Positions 8,543 to 18,448 of a stretch of DNA of 64,000 nt are shown piece after piece; position 1 is the first letter of the stretch, and each line of letters opens with the position of its first letter. The notes below the pieces were generated by a model, which did not search any database, was not told the DNA's origin, and was given only the letters and a program-made list of their open reading frames with translations. The stretch lies in the NCBI GenBank assembly GCA_963809895.1, contig CAWELD010000003.1, forward strand, positions 2,848,001 to 2,912,000, in the 5' to 3' direction. The position numbers were made by a program, and so were the translations under genes. The DNA is from an uncultured Gemmatimonadales bacterium. Its GTDB lineage: Bacteria > Gemmatimonadota > Gemmatimonadetes > Longimicrobiales > Gaopeijiaceae.

Positions 8543-9097
8543 TCAGTCCGCCGAGGCGGCCCGGTCGATGGCGTCGCCGCCCCCGGGCAACATGAGGTCT
8601 TCCAGAAAGTAGGCCGCCAGCTCGGCCCGACCCGACAAACCCGCCTTCTGATACACCATCACCGAGTGCTGCCGCACCGTGCGCTCCGAACGGTCCGTCT
8701 CACGGGCGATGGCCTTGTGACTCTTGCCCTTGAGCAGGTGCAGGGCGACCTCGCGCTCCGTGGGGGTCAGGCCCCACGTATCGAACTGGCGGTCGATGGC
8801 CTCGGCCAGACCCTGCAACGCTCGACGGGCACTGGCACGCCACTCGTCCCGCTCCGCGCGGCGCTCCTCGAGGGACTCACGGACCCTGGCCACCTCGTGC
8901 TCCGCCTTCCACCAGCCCATCCACACCACCACGGCCATGGCGAGGGCGACGACGTAGGTCAGGAGGTCCAGCATCACGTGCAGCGAGAGCCACCGCTCCG
9001 GCGAATCCAGCACGAGATTCACGCCGCCGGCTGCGACGAAGACCAGCAACAACGACGCGAGGGCGACTCTCAGCCCTCGACGTGACTCCGCGTCCAT
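8543..9097 (-). CDS. Membrane-anchored LuxR-type HTH regulator
   Basis: Two N-terminal TM helices, a coiled coil, then WGLTPTEREVALHLLKGKSHKAIA...SERTVRQH...VYQKAGLSGRAEL. Start ATG 9097 chosen. Confidence 0.85.
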   Translation of the reverse strand: MDAESRRGLRVALASLLLVFVAAGGVNLVLDSPERWLSLHVMLDLLTYVVALAMAVVVWMGWWKAEHEVARVRESLEERRAERDEWRASARRALQGLAEAIDRQFDTWGLTPTEREVALHLLKGKSHKAIARETDRSERTVRQHSVMVYQKAGLSGRAELAAYFLEDLMLPGGGDAIDRAASAD

Positions 9098-9292
9098 CGG
9101 ACCTCTGTCATTTGCCGGAGTTGCGTGCGCCCCCACCCCTGTCCCATGCCGGATGGCCTCTGCCCTGCCCGGATCGGAGGTTCAAGGGTGGCCGGTTCGA
9201 TACCTGGCGAGCCCGCCGAAATGTCGAGCCTCCCACCCGGATGGACAATCCACCGGGCGCAACGCTCAGGTTCCGAGAAGCCGGAACGAACG

Positions 9293-10357
9293 ATGAGAAT
9301 CACGCGATGGGTCGCTACGATGGGTGGACTCCTGCTCATGCAGGCCTGCGGAGGTGAGTCCGCCCGCCAGTCTGCCACCGACGCCGTGCCTGCCACCCGG
9401 GCCGCGGCCCTGCAGGCGTTCCAACCCCTGCCCGAAGCCATGCCGTCGGAGAGCAACCCGATGACGCCGGCGAAGGTGGATCTGGGGCGCATGCTCTACT
9501 ACGACACTCGCCTTTCCAGCAGCGGTGACATCTCCTGCTACGTCTGTCATCCGCTCCACGACTACGGCACCAGCCACCGCGCCACGGGGGTGGGCCACGA
9601 CGCCCTGCCCGGCGGCCGCAACGAGCCCACCGTCTACAACGCCGCAGGCCACGTCGCGCAGTTCTGGGACGGTCGTGCGCCCGACGTGGAAGCGCAGGCC
9701 CTCGGCCCGGTGCTGAACCCCGTCGAGATGGGGATGGCCGATGGCCCGTCCGTGCTGGCGGTGCTCCAGGGGATCCCCGGCTACGTGGACGCCTTCCACA
9801 CGGCGTTCCCCGACGACGCCGCGCCCCTGACCTTCGAAAACGTGGGACGAGCGATCGCCGCCTTCGAGCGCGGTCTGGTGACCCCCTCTCGCTGGGATCG
9901 CTATCTGGAGGGAGACGTCGCGGCCTTGAGCCCCGAAGAAGTGTCGGGCTTCGATGCCTTCGTCGAGACGGGATGCGCGCAATGCCACACAGGTCCTTAC
10001 GTGGGTGGCGCGTTCTACCAGAAGGCCGGACTGGTGAATCCCTGGTTCCGCCTGGACGACGCAGGTCGTTTCCAGGTGACGGGCGATCCCGCCGACCGCA
10101 TGGTCTTCAAGGTCCCGTCACTCCGGAACGTCGAAGAGACGTGGCCCTACTTCCACGACGGCTCGGTCCAGCGTCTGGAAGACGCGGTCCGCCTCATGGC
10201 GTGGCATCAGACCGGCCGGGAGCTGAACGAGACTCAGGTGGCGTCCATCGTCACCTGGCTCCGGACGCTGACCGGACCCGTGGACTACGAGTACATCAAC
10301 GAGCCGCGCCTTCCGGCCTCACCGGCCTCGAGCCTCTCTTCGGAGCCGCTTCGCTGA
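9293..10357 (+). CDS. Di-haem cytochrome c peroxidase (CcpA/MauG family), lipoprotein
   Basis: Haem motifs CYVCH and CAQCH; QFWDGRA, FKVPSLRNV and PYFHDGS; lipobox LMQAC. Confidence 0.93.
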   Translation: MRITRWVATMGGLLLMQACGGESARQSATDAVPATRAAALQAFQPLPEAMPSESNPMTPAKVDLGRMLYYDTRLSSSGDISCYVCHPLHDYGTSHRATGVGHDALPGGRNEPTVYNAAGHVAQFWDGRAPDVEAQALGPVLNPVEMGMADGPSVLAVLQGIPGYVDAFHTAFPDDAAPLTFENVGRAIAAFERGLVTPSRWDRYLEGDVAALSPEEVSGFDAFVETGCAQCHTGPYVGGAFYQKAGLVNPWFRLDDAGRFQVTGDPADRMVFKVPSLRNVEETWPYFHDGSVQRLEDAVRLMAWHQTGRELNETQVASIVTWLRTLTGPVDYEYINEPRLPASPASSLSSEPLR

Positions 10358-10384
10358 AGCGATAGGGCTCCCTGGGTGGACCGG

Positions 10385-11035
10385 TCAGCGCAGTTCGCGG
10401 TGCCGGTCCACCCAGTAGCTCCAGGGCACGAAGATCCAGAGCGCGAGGCCGCTCACGGCCAGCGTCCGGACGTCGGGAGGGGGCGGCCCCAGCCCCGCCG
10501 CCAGATAGGCGACCGCCAGGAACGCGACCATGGCCACGAATCCCCAGCGGCCCACGCCGTCCACGGCGCGCGTGGTCCGCGCGTAGAGCCACACGCCCAG
10601 GGCGAAGAACCCTCCTTCCAGCACCAGCGTCGCGGCCATGGAGTTCCAGAGCCCCAGCCCGACGCGCATACCGGATCCGGGCCACAAGGGCAGATCCGGG
10701 CGATGCACGATCACATCCAGGAACCAGTGACTCACGACCACCGACCCCACCACGAGCGCGCCACGCCGATCTCGCCGGATGCCCAGGTAGACGAGCCCCA
10801 ACAGGAGTCCCCACAGCACGGCGAAGAGCAGGCTGTGGGTAAAGGGATAGTGCACGAAATCCAGTGGACTCGCCGCCATGAGTCCGGGCTCGATGCGGAC
10901 GCGCTCGATACCGAGAAGGAGGAGCACCGGCCAGACCTCGTCGGCGAGCTGTGCGGCCAACACCAGCGTGCCCAGCGAGGTCCTGGGCGCCGCCCGTTTC
11001 GAGCCCAGTGCGACGGCGTAGTGACCGAGAAACAT
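10385..11035 (-). CDS. Membrane metal-dependent hydrolase (YdjM-like)
   Basis: MFLGHYAVAL...QLAD...PFTHSLL...SHWFLDVIVH; the true start is ATG 11035 inside ORF 10385..12817. Confidence 0.8.
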   Translation of the reverse strand: MFLGHYAVALGSKRAAPRTSLGTLVLAAQLADEVWPVLLLLGIERVRIEPGLMAASPLDFVHYPFTHSLLFAVLWGLLLGLVYLGIRRDRRGALVVGSVVVSHWFLDVIVHRPDLPLWPGSGMRVGLGLWNSMAATLVLEGGFFALGVWLYARTTRAVDGVGRWGFVAMVAFLAVAYLAAGLGPPPPDVRTLAVSGLALWIFVPWSYWVDRHRELR

Positions 11036-11257
11036 GTCTTCGTCCAGGAGGGAGGGATGGTCCCTGGAGGATACACGTCCGCCCGACCCCACCGCGAGTC
11101 GCGACTTCGCCGCCCCGCGGCCCGGCAGGGACCCGCGGCGCCCATGAGGTGTCGAACAGCCGACGGCAAGGCGTGCCGCCGGGAGTCGGCCGGGCGCGGC
11201 TCCGAGACTCTCCGTCCCGCCAGGGCTCCCAGGACTTCCAGGAAAGGACCGACAGAC

Positions 11258-13195
11258 ATGCGCACCTCGTTCTTCGTGCTGGCCGGCGTGCTCATCGCTC
11301 TCCCGCTGCAGGCGCAGACCGCACTTCCCCCGACGAATCAGGAGATCTTCGCCCCCCTCGACCTGCCGGCCGCCAACGCCATGAGGACCGGCGGCGGCGC
11401 CCCGGGAGCCGAGTACTGGCAGAACCGGGCCGATTACCGGATCACGGCCAGTCTCGACACCGTGGCGCACAGGGTCACGGGTTCGGAGACCATCCACTAC
11501 ACCAACAACTCGCCCGACTCCCTCCGGTTTCTGTGGCTGCAGCTCGATCAGAATCTCTTCAAGCCCGGGAGCATGGGCGCGCTCGTCAACAGCGGGAACC
11601 GCTGGCGCGGGGCCTTCGCCGATGGAGGGGACCGGATCGACCACGTGCAGGTGACGCTGGCGGGCCGGACCTCGAGCGCGTCGCCCATGGTGGCCGACAC
11701 GCGCATGCGGGTGGACCTGCCCTCTCCGCTGCCGCCACACGGGGGCACCGTGGACCTCGATATTGGCTGGAGCTTCGTGATACCGGAGTACGGGGCCGAC
11801 CGCACGGGCCGCTACCACGGTCAGGACGGCTGGGTCTACGAGGTCGCCCAGTGGTACCCACGCATGTACGTGTACGACGACGTGCACGGCTGGAATCCGA
11901 TGCCCTACCAGGGCCAGGGCGAGTTCTACCTGGAATACGGCAGCTTCGACGTGGCCATCACCGTGCCCCACGACGTGATCGTGGTGGCCACCGGTGAGCT
12001 CGAGAATCCCGACGAGGTGCTCACCACGGAGCAGCGCAGGCGGCTGGATCGGGCCCGCGGCACCGCGGAGACCGTGGCGGTGGTGTCGCCCGACGAGGTG
12101 CGCAGCGACGCGATCCGACCTCCCGGAGACGGGCCCCTGACCTGGCGGTTCCACGCAGACAACGTGCGCGACGTCTCCTGGGGAGCGTCGCGGGCGTTCA
12201 TCTGGGACGCGACCTCCTGGGAAGACGTCCTGATCATGTCCGCCTACCCCCGAGAAGGGTTGGGCACACCGAAGGAGCCGGGCTGGGAGATGGCGGCCCA
12301 GTACGCCCGCCACACCATCTCCTACTACTCGACGCAGTGGTACCGCTACCCCTACCCGGTGGCCATCAACGTCGCCGGCGTCGTGGGCGGGATGGAGTAC
12401 CCCATGATCGTCTTCTGCAGCGTCGACTCCCGCGACGCCGGGCTGTTCAGCGTGACGGACCACGAGCTCGGCCACTCGTGGTTCCCCATGATCGTGGGCA
12501 GCGACGAGCGACGCTGGGCGTGGATGGACGAGGGCTTCAACACCTTCATCAACCACTATTCCAACCTGGACTACTACGGCGACGCAGCGCTGTCGTCGCT
12601 CCGCACACAGGCGCCCTACATCGTGGCGCAGCAGAGGTCTCCGTTGGCGGACCAGCCCATCATGACCTATCCCGACGAGCTGCGCCGGAACGGCCTGGGA
12701 TTCCTCGCCTACCGCAAGCCCGGGTACGGGTTGGTGATGCTGCGTGAGGACATCCTGGGCAGGGACCGCTTCGACGCGGCCTTCCGCGAGTACATCCGCC
12801 GCTGGGCCTTCAAGCATCCCAAGCCCCAGGACTTCTTCCGCACCATGGAGGACGTGTCGGGAGCGGATCTCGACTGGTTCTGGCGCGGCTGGTTCTTCGG
12901 CACGGGCACCCTGGACCAGGCCGTGGACGGCGTCACGACCGACGCTTCGGGCTCACACGTAGCCCTCTCGAACAGGAACGAGCTGGTGATGCCGGTGATC
13001 CTGGAGCTCACCTACGACGACGGCACCCGCGACGTTCGTCATCTTCCCGTGGAGATCTGGGCCACGGGAGACCACTACACGCTGGACGTGCCGGATCACA
13101 CCGTGGTGGGCGCTCGGCTGGACCCCGACGACCTCTATCCCGACGTGGTGTCGAACAACGACGCCTGGCCGGTGGTGAGCATGGGCGGCAGCTGA
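11258..13195 (+). CDS. Secreted M1-family zinc aminopeptidase
   Basis: Signal peptide MRTSFFVLAG...LQAQ; GGMEYP, HELGH and WMDEG motifs. Confidence 0.92.
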   Translation: MRTSFFVLAGVLIALPLQAQTALPPTNQEIFAPLDLPAANAMRTGGGAPGAEYWQNRADYRITASLDTVAHRVTGSETIHYTNNSPDSLRFLWLQLDQNLFKPGSMGALVNSGNRWRGAFADGGDRIDHVQVTLAGRTSSASPMVADTRMRVDLPSPLPPHGGTVDLDIGWSFVIPEYGADRTGRYHGQDGWVYEVAQWYPRMYVYDDVHGWNPMPYQGQGEFYLEYGSFDVAITVPHDVIVVATGELENPDEVLTTEQRRRLDRARGTAETVAVVSPDEVRSDAIRPPGDGPLTWRFHADNVRDVSWGASRAFIWDATSWEDVLIMSAYPREGLGTPKEPGWEMAAQYARHTISYYSTQWYRYPYPVAINVAGVVGGMEYPMIVFCSVDSRDAGLFSVTDHELGHSWFPMIVGSDERRWAWMDEGFNTFINHYSNLDYYGDAALSSLRTQAPYIVAQQRSPLADQPIMTYPDELRRNGLGFLAYRKPGYGLVMLREDILGRDRFDAAFREYIRRWAFKHPKPQDFFRTMEDVSGADLDWFWRGWFFGTGTLDQAVDGVTTDASGSHVALSNRNELVMPVILELTYDDGTRDVRHLPVEIWATGDHYTLDVPDHTVVGARLDPDDLYPDVVSNNDAWPVVSMGGS

Positions 13196-13232
13196 ACAGG
13201 CCGGGCCGCGGCCCTGGACGGGCTGCGGGTCG

Positions 13233-16200
13233 TCAGCGGTTCCCGCCGAAGGTGATCCGCAGCCCGAACTGCATCTGCCACTGCGAATCGGGCGACACCA
13301 CGGCCCAGGGCTCCGTGGGGTTCACCTGACCGCCTGCGTCCTTCGCCGGAAGTGAGGGGCCCGCCCAGGCCGAGATCAACTCGCCGGTCCCCTCTCTCCG
13401 GCCCACCGGCTCGAGCAGGCTGGTGTTCGCCTTGACCGACTCCACCTTGCCCCAGTCGGCGTTGAGGAGGTTGAGGAAGTTGATCATGTCGGCTTCGAGA
13501 CGGACCTCGGCGCCGCGCACGTGCGTGATCTGCGACAGACGCACGTCGAGGCGGTTCTGCCAGGGCGAGCGGCACGAGTTGCGGGGGATGATCTCGCCTC
13601 GCGACGCCGCCAGGCACGCGTCGCTCTTGAGCGCCTTGCTCAAGAGTCCCGTGGTGGCGAAGCTGGCGGGCAACTCGCTGGGGTCGTCGGGCACGTAGAT
13701 GAGGTCGTTGGTGCGGTCGAAGGCGGGGCCCTGGCCGGGGTAGCCGTCGCCGTTGATGTCGCCGTAGTACACGTACGAGAAGGGCAGCCCCGACTGGCCG
13801 GTGTAGAGCAGCGAGATCTGGGTGTCGTCGAGCCCCGGGAAGGGCGCGCCGTAGACCGACAGCACCAGCTTGTGCGGCCGGTCGAAGTTCGAGGTGGTGA
13901 GCTCGGTGCGGTTGGGGTCCGTCCGCGTGGGCGTGAGGCCGTAGTTGGCCACCATGTCGGTGGACACCAGGCTCATCTTGTCGTAGGAGCGGGCGTAGGA
14001 ATAACCGGTCTGGAAGCCCAGCCGGTCGGTGAGCTGCCCCCGAAGCTCGGCCGTGATCGAAAAGCCCCAGTCCTCGCTCTCGTTCGTCGCCAGCAGCACG
14101 TGAGCGAACTCCGGGTGGTCCCAGGTGGGAACCCAGCCCTTCGTCGCCTGCCGGCCGTAGCGCTTGCGCTCGAAGCCGCCGTAGCCGTTCAGCGGTCCCT
14201 GGTTCCCCGCCGGATCGCCCAGGTTCAGCTCCTGCAGCACGATCTGGTTGATGGCCCGGTTGAAGAGAAAGCCCAACGAGCCGCTGATGCGCGAGCTGAA
14301 TTCCTGATCCACCACCACCGAGAATTTCAGGTCCTGGGGATACTTGAACTCGGGATCGAACACCGTCACCGTGCGCAGCAGATTCGGCTCCCCGGCGTAG
14401 CACGTGTCGGGGGGATTGAAGGGGTCGAAGGGCGGCACCGTGTTGCCCGAGAGCGGGTCGTCGGTGACGCGGCCGGTGCAGGTCATGGTGATGTGGCTCA
14501 TGCCGTCGTACTGGAACGCGTTGGAGAGCCACACGAAGGGGAACTGACCCACGAACATGCCCAGCCCGCCCCGCACCTGGGTCGTGCGCTCGCCCTCGCT
14601 CTGCCAGTTGAAGCCCCAGCGGGGCGAGATGAGGAACTGGCCCGTGGGCAGGTGACTGGTCTTGTAGCCGAACAGGTCGGTGACCTGGAAGTTCTCGTCG
14701 GGATGATCCAGCACGTAGGGCACATCGATGCGGAGCCCGAAGCGCATGGTGAGCCCCTTGCCGGCATCGATCTGGTCCTGCAGGAACGCCCCCCACTGGA
14801 GCACCGAGAAGTTCGTGGTCGGATCCGCCCCGTCGGCCAGGAGCGTGCGCTCGTAGCGCTGCGGGGCGTTGTTGCGGACGTCGTTCATGCTGGCGAAGAA
14901 GTAGCTCCCCGTCTCGCCGGGCACGTAGCGGTGGCTGATGCCGTAGTAGGCGCCGGTCAGCCCCAGCGTGTACACGCTCCCGGTGCCGGTGCCCTCGTCG
15001 GGATCCTTGTTCAGCGACAGCGTGTTGGTGAACTGGATGTTGGTCTGGCGCAGATCGTTGTTCTGGGCGTAGAACTGCGAGCCCACCCGCACGCCTCGCT
15101 GAAAGCCCGACCCGTCGACGCTGCTGATGAGGTCGGCTTCCACCTGTGGCCAGGTCACCGCCGGGGTGGACTCGTCCACGCTGCGTTGGATGGAGACGTT
15201 GAGCTCGTTGGCGCCCCGGTCGCCCAGGTCCGAGAAGAGCTGGAACGAGGTCGTGTTGTTGAGCCCCTTCCGATGCACCGCGTTGGACGACAGCCCGTAC
15301 GGCTCGAAGGCGAACCGGTTCGGGCTCTCGTCGTTCGACGCGTACGCGAACACGTTGCGCACCGTCATGCGCTGCCCGTTGGCCAGCGTCCAGTCCACCC
15401 GGCCGAACACGTTGGCCAGCTCCTGCTTCAGCGGATACGGCCCGGCGATCCCCGCATCCAGCCCGAACTGGTTCGCCAGCTCGTCGGAGAAGTCGCCCAC
15501 CGCTTCGGGCGACAGCCGCACCAGTTGTGGGTCGTCACGCAGCAGGTTGTAGCCCGTGGGCGGCTGCTTGCGCCGCTCGAACTCGCCCGACACGAAGAGG
15601 TGTGCCCGGTCCTGGATGATGGGCCCGCCCACCGACAGCCCCAGCAGCGTGCGGTCCACCCCCGAGGCCTCCACCGGCCCCGTGGGCAGGCTCAGGTCGC
15701 CGATGAGCGCTTCGGCCCGGTAGGCGCCGAACGCCCGCGCGTTCCACTGGTTGGTGCCCGTCTTGGTCACCGCGTTCATCACCCCGCCCGTGAACCCCGA
15801 CAGCCGCACGTCGAAGGGCGCCACCAGCACCTCGTACTGGGCCACCGCGTCCAGCGGGATCAGCTTGGCCCCCGCCTGCCCCCCAGGCACGCCGCCCGCC
15901 GTCAGCCCGAACACGTCCTTGCTCGCCACCCCGTCGATCAGGATCGAGTTGTAGCGATCGTTCTGACCCGCCACCGAGAAGCCCCCGCCCTCGGTGGTCT
16001 TCACCAGCGGCGACAGCACCGCCAGCTCCATCAGGTTCCGGGACAGGATCGGCACCGACTCCACCACCCGCTCGTCCATGCGCGTCGCCGGACCCACCTG
16101 GCTCGGGTTGAAGATCTCCGCCCGCTCCGCCGTCACGTCGATCCCTTCCACCTCGATGGCCTGCTCCTGCATGCGCACGTCCAGCGTGACCACGTCGCCC

Positions 16201-16515
16201 ACCTGCAGGTGGATGTCCTCCAGCGTCGCGTCGGCGTAGCCCAGACTCTGCACCAGCAGCGTGTACGGCCCGCCGGGTTGGAGTTGCAGGATCAGGTAGC
16301 GGCCCTCGGCGTTGGTGGCCACCCGCTTGAGCGCTCCTGTCTCCTCCTGGCGCAGCGTCACCACCGCCGCCGACAGCGGCTCGCCCGCCTGGTTCGTCAC
16401 CGTGCCCCGCACCGCCGCCGTGGTGCGGGACTGTGCCGCCAGCGGCAGCGCCGTGCCCCCCAGCGCCAGGACGAGAAGGACCAGCCGGAAGAACGTCGAC
16501 GTGGATCCGGTTCAT
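13233..16515 (-). CDS. TonB-dependent receptor (Oar-like, N-terminal carboxypeptidase-regulatory domain); +1 frameshift right after the ATG
   Basis: ORF 13233..16412 has a plug region (IPLDAVAQYEVLVAPFDVR, GGVMNAVTKTGTN) and ends QFGLRITF. The signal peptide lies upstream in frame, but the ATG at 16515 is one base out of frame. Confidence 0.88.
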
Positions 16516-16681
16516 GGATTGCCGCGCGGTTGGAGAAGGGAGTGCCGAGTGAGGGGCACTGAAGGGAGAGACAGGGGAGAGGGCTGGAATGTTGTGCAAC
16601 CCGCCGTCACCCGCTACCGCCCGAAGGTGACACGTCCGACATTGGCTTTGACCGATTCCACACCACCGCCGGGTGGAACGG

Positions 16682-18292
16682 TCAGTTTCCGGCGACATCA
16701 CCGGGATTCCGTGCCCGGGCCTGGTCGAAGGCGTCGTAGGCCGCCCTTCTGTCGCGGAGCACCGACGCGGACACCTGATCCGGAAGCGCGTCACTCCCGT
16801 ACAACTCGATGAAGAGGGGCTCGAGACTGCTGCTGAAAGCCGGAAACTCCCGGAACGTCCCTGGCACCAGATCGCCCCACCCCCGGTCGTCGAGATATTC
16901 GGTGAAGGGACCGTAGTGGTAAAGCTCGATGCGCTTCTCGTACTTGAACGCCTCCCACAGGCCTCCACAGGTGCCGTCCGCGCGCTGGGGCACGCAGCGC
17001 GCTCCCCCGGGCACAGCCCCACCCGGCGTGGACAGCGGTGGCAGATCGCCTCGCGCCCGAGACGCGTTCACGATCTGCATGGCAGAGGCGCGATCACCGA
17101 GGCGGAAGAAGGCCTCGGCTCGAATGAAGTCCAGCTCCTTCACGGGAAAGTCGACGTACCGGCCGACGCCTTCGGCCTCCAGGAGCGGAGCGAATCGTGC
17201 ATCGGCGTAGAAGGAGAAATGGTCCATCCCCCGCTCGGGCCGGAAGATGGACGAGGCTTCGTAACGGACGTAGAGCCCGTCCTGATCCGGCGCCGCTCCG
17301 GTGATGCGCCGATCATCGGTATCGATGAGAAAGGGGCGTCGGTCCGCCGGCGTTGCATTGATCCAGGTCTCCCATGCGCCGCTGGCGTCGGCGGGTCCGA
17401 TGGTGCGGTAGTCCAGCCTGGCCCAGTCCGGCTGCACGCCGGCCCAGAGCTTGTCCATGCCCCAGGCCCAGTTGGAGTCGTAGTCCCCGTCGTAGTAGCC
17501 GGCCCAGTCGCGGGCGATTCCCTGATCGAGGTCATCGAGCACCGCCGCCCAATCCACCAGGGCCCGCTCCTGCGGGTTACGGGCCACCGAGATCGCGATC
17601 CTGGCTCGGTAGGAGTGGGCCATCCGCACGAACATGTCCCGGTCCCAGTCCTGATCGAACCCGACCCAGGCCGCAGGAATCACGAATCCTTCGCCGCTAT
17701 CGGCGACCTCCACGGCCTCGGCCAGCTTGGCCATGGCGGCGGCGCGCACCTCGGGGTACGGTGACAACGAGATCGACGACGGGCTGACGTGTTCGTCCAG
17801 CACGAATGCAGCCGAGAAGAGCTCGGCGAGCTCACCGAGGGCCATGCCCTGGACCAGCTTGGCGAAGGCCACTGCCCGTCGGGTGTCGACCTCGGAGTCA
17901 CCCAGGGTCACCCCTTCGTCGATGGCCTTGAGAACATCGCGCGCGGAGGCCAGTGCGCGGTGGAGCTCGGTCCACGGGATTTCAGTGAGGTTGAAGCGAT
18001 AGTCCGGATCCAGGTTCAGGGGCATCCGCGGCTCCGCACCGGCGTCGAGCATCCCCCAGTTCCGCCACGACGAGGTATGGGCATCGGCGGCAGTGGAGAG
18101 CGCCGCTCCGGGGACCGCACCATGCGATGCGCGCCACACCGGTGCGAGACTCGTCGACACCATGGCCTCGACCTCTGTCGCCGCCGCGGCACTGAACGCC
18201 GGCGGAGGAGGCGCGGTCACCGTGGCCGGGTCGTCGGAGCATGCCGCCACCAACAAACCCAGAAGTCCCACCCCGATCGCAGTCCTGTGCAT
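16682..18292 (-). CDS. RagB/SusD-like outer-membrane lipoprotein
   Basis: Lipobox LVAAC; AFAKLVQGMALG, ELDFIRAEAFFRLG, IVNASR and EKRIEL patterns typical of SusD. Confidence 0.75.
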   Translation of the reverse strand: MHRTAIGVGLLGLLVAACSDDPATVTAPPPPAFSAAAATEVEAMVSTSLAPVWRASHGAVPGAALSTAADAHTSSWRNWGMLDAGAEPRMPLNLDPDYRFNLTEIPWTELHRALASARDVLKAIDEGVTLGDSEVDTRRAVAFAKLVQGMALGELAELFSAAFVLDEHVSPSSISLSPYPEVRAAAMAKLAEAVEVADSGEGFVIPAAWVGFDQDWDRDMFVRMAHSYRARIAISVARNPQERALVDWAAVLDDLDQGIARDWAGYYDGDYDSNWAWGMDKLWAGVQPDWARLDYRTIGPADASGAWETWINATPADRRPFLIDTDDRRITGAAPDQDGLYVRYEASSIFRPERGMDHFSFYADARFAPLLEAEGVGRYVDFPVKELDFIRAEAFFRLGDRASAMQIVNASRARGDLPPLSTPGGAVPGGARCVPQRADGTCGGLWEAFKYEKRIELYHYGPFTEYLDDRGWGDLVPGTFREFPAFSSSLEPLFIELYGSDALPDQVSASVLRDRRAAYDAFDQARARNPGDVAGN

Positions 18293-18356
18293 GCCTCACC
18301 TTCCCGCTCTCGATTCCTTCGCAGGGCGCCGCACCGGGCGCCTTGATCGTTCGAGA

Positions 18357-18430
18357 AGGAGACGTGTGCAGGTCACGGATTCTGTCACGAGCCGGGGGTC
18401 CGGCAGAAAACCGTCGGCTGGCTCGTCACC
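18357..18430. promoter_or_regulatory. Pair of divergent ECF-type promoters CAGAA-N15-CGTCWCCT
   Basis: Minus strand: CAGAA 18384-18380 and CGTC 18364-18361. Plus strand: CAGAA 18404-18408 and CGTC 18424-18427. Spacing is identical. Confidence 0.55.
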
Positions 18431-18448
18431 TCTATACGGTCGTACCGT

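Noticed and set aside
6222..8612. 796-aa alternative-frame ORF over feoB and the MgtC-like gene
   Set aside because: Low-complexity Arg/Pro/Gly composition typical of a wrong frame in GC-rich DNA.
10376..12817. Apparent 2.4-kb bidirectional overlap of ORFs 10376..13195 (+) and 10385..12817 (-)
   Set aside because: The real starts are 11258 (+) and 11035 (-); the genes are simply divergent.
13521..16562. 1013-aa ORF on the + strand
   Set aside because: Antisense shadow of the TonB receptor; high GC3 removes stops on the opposite strand, and it has no motifs.
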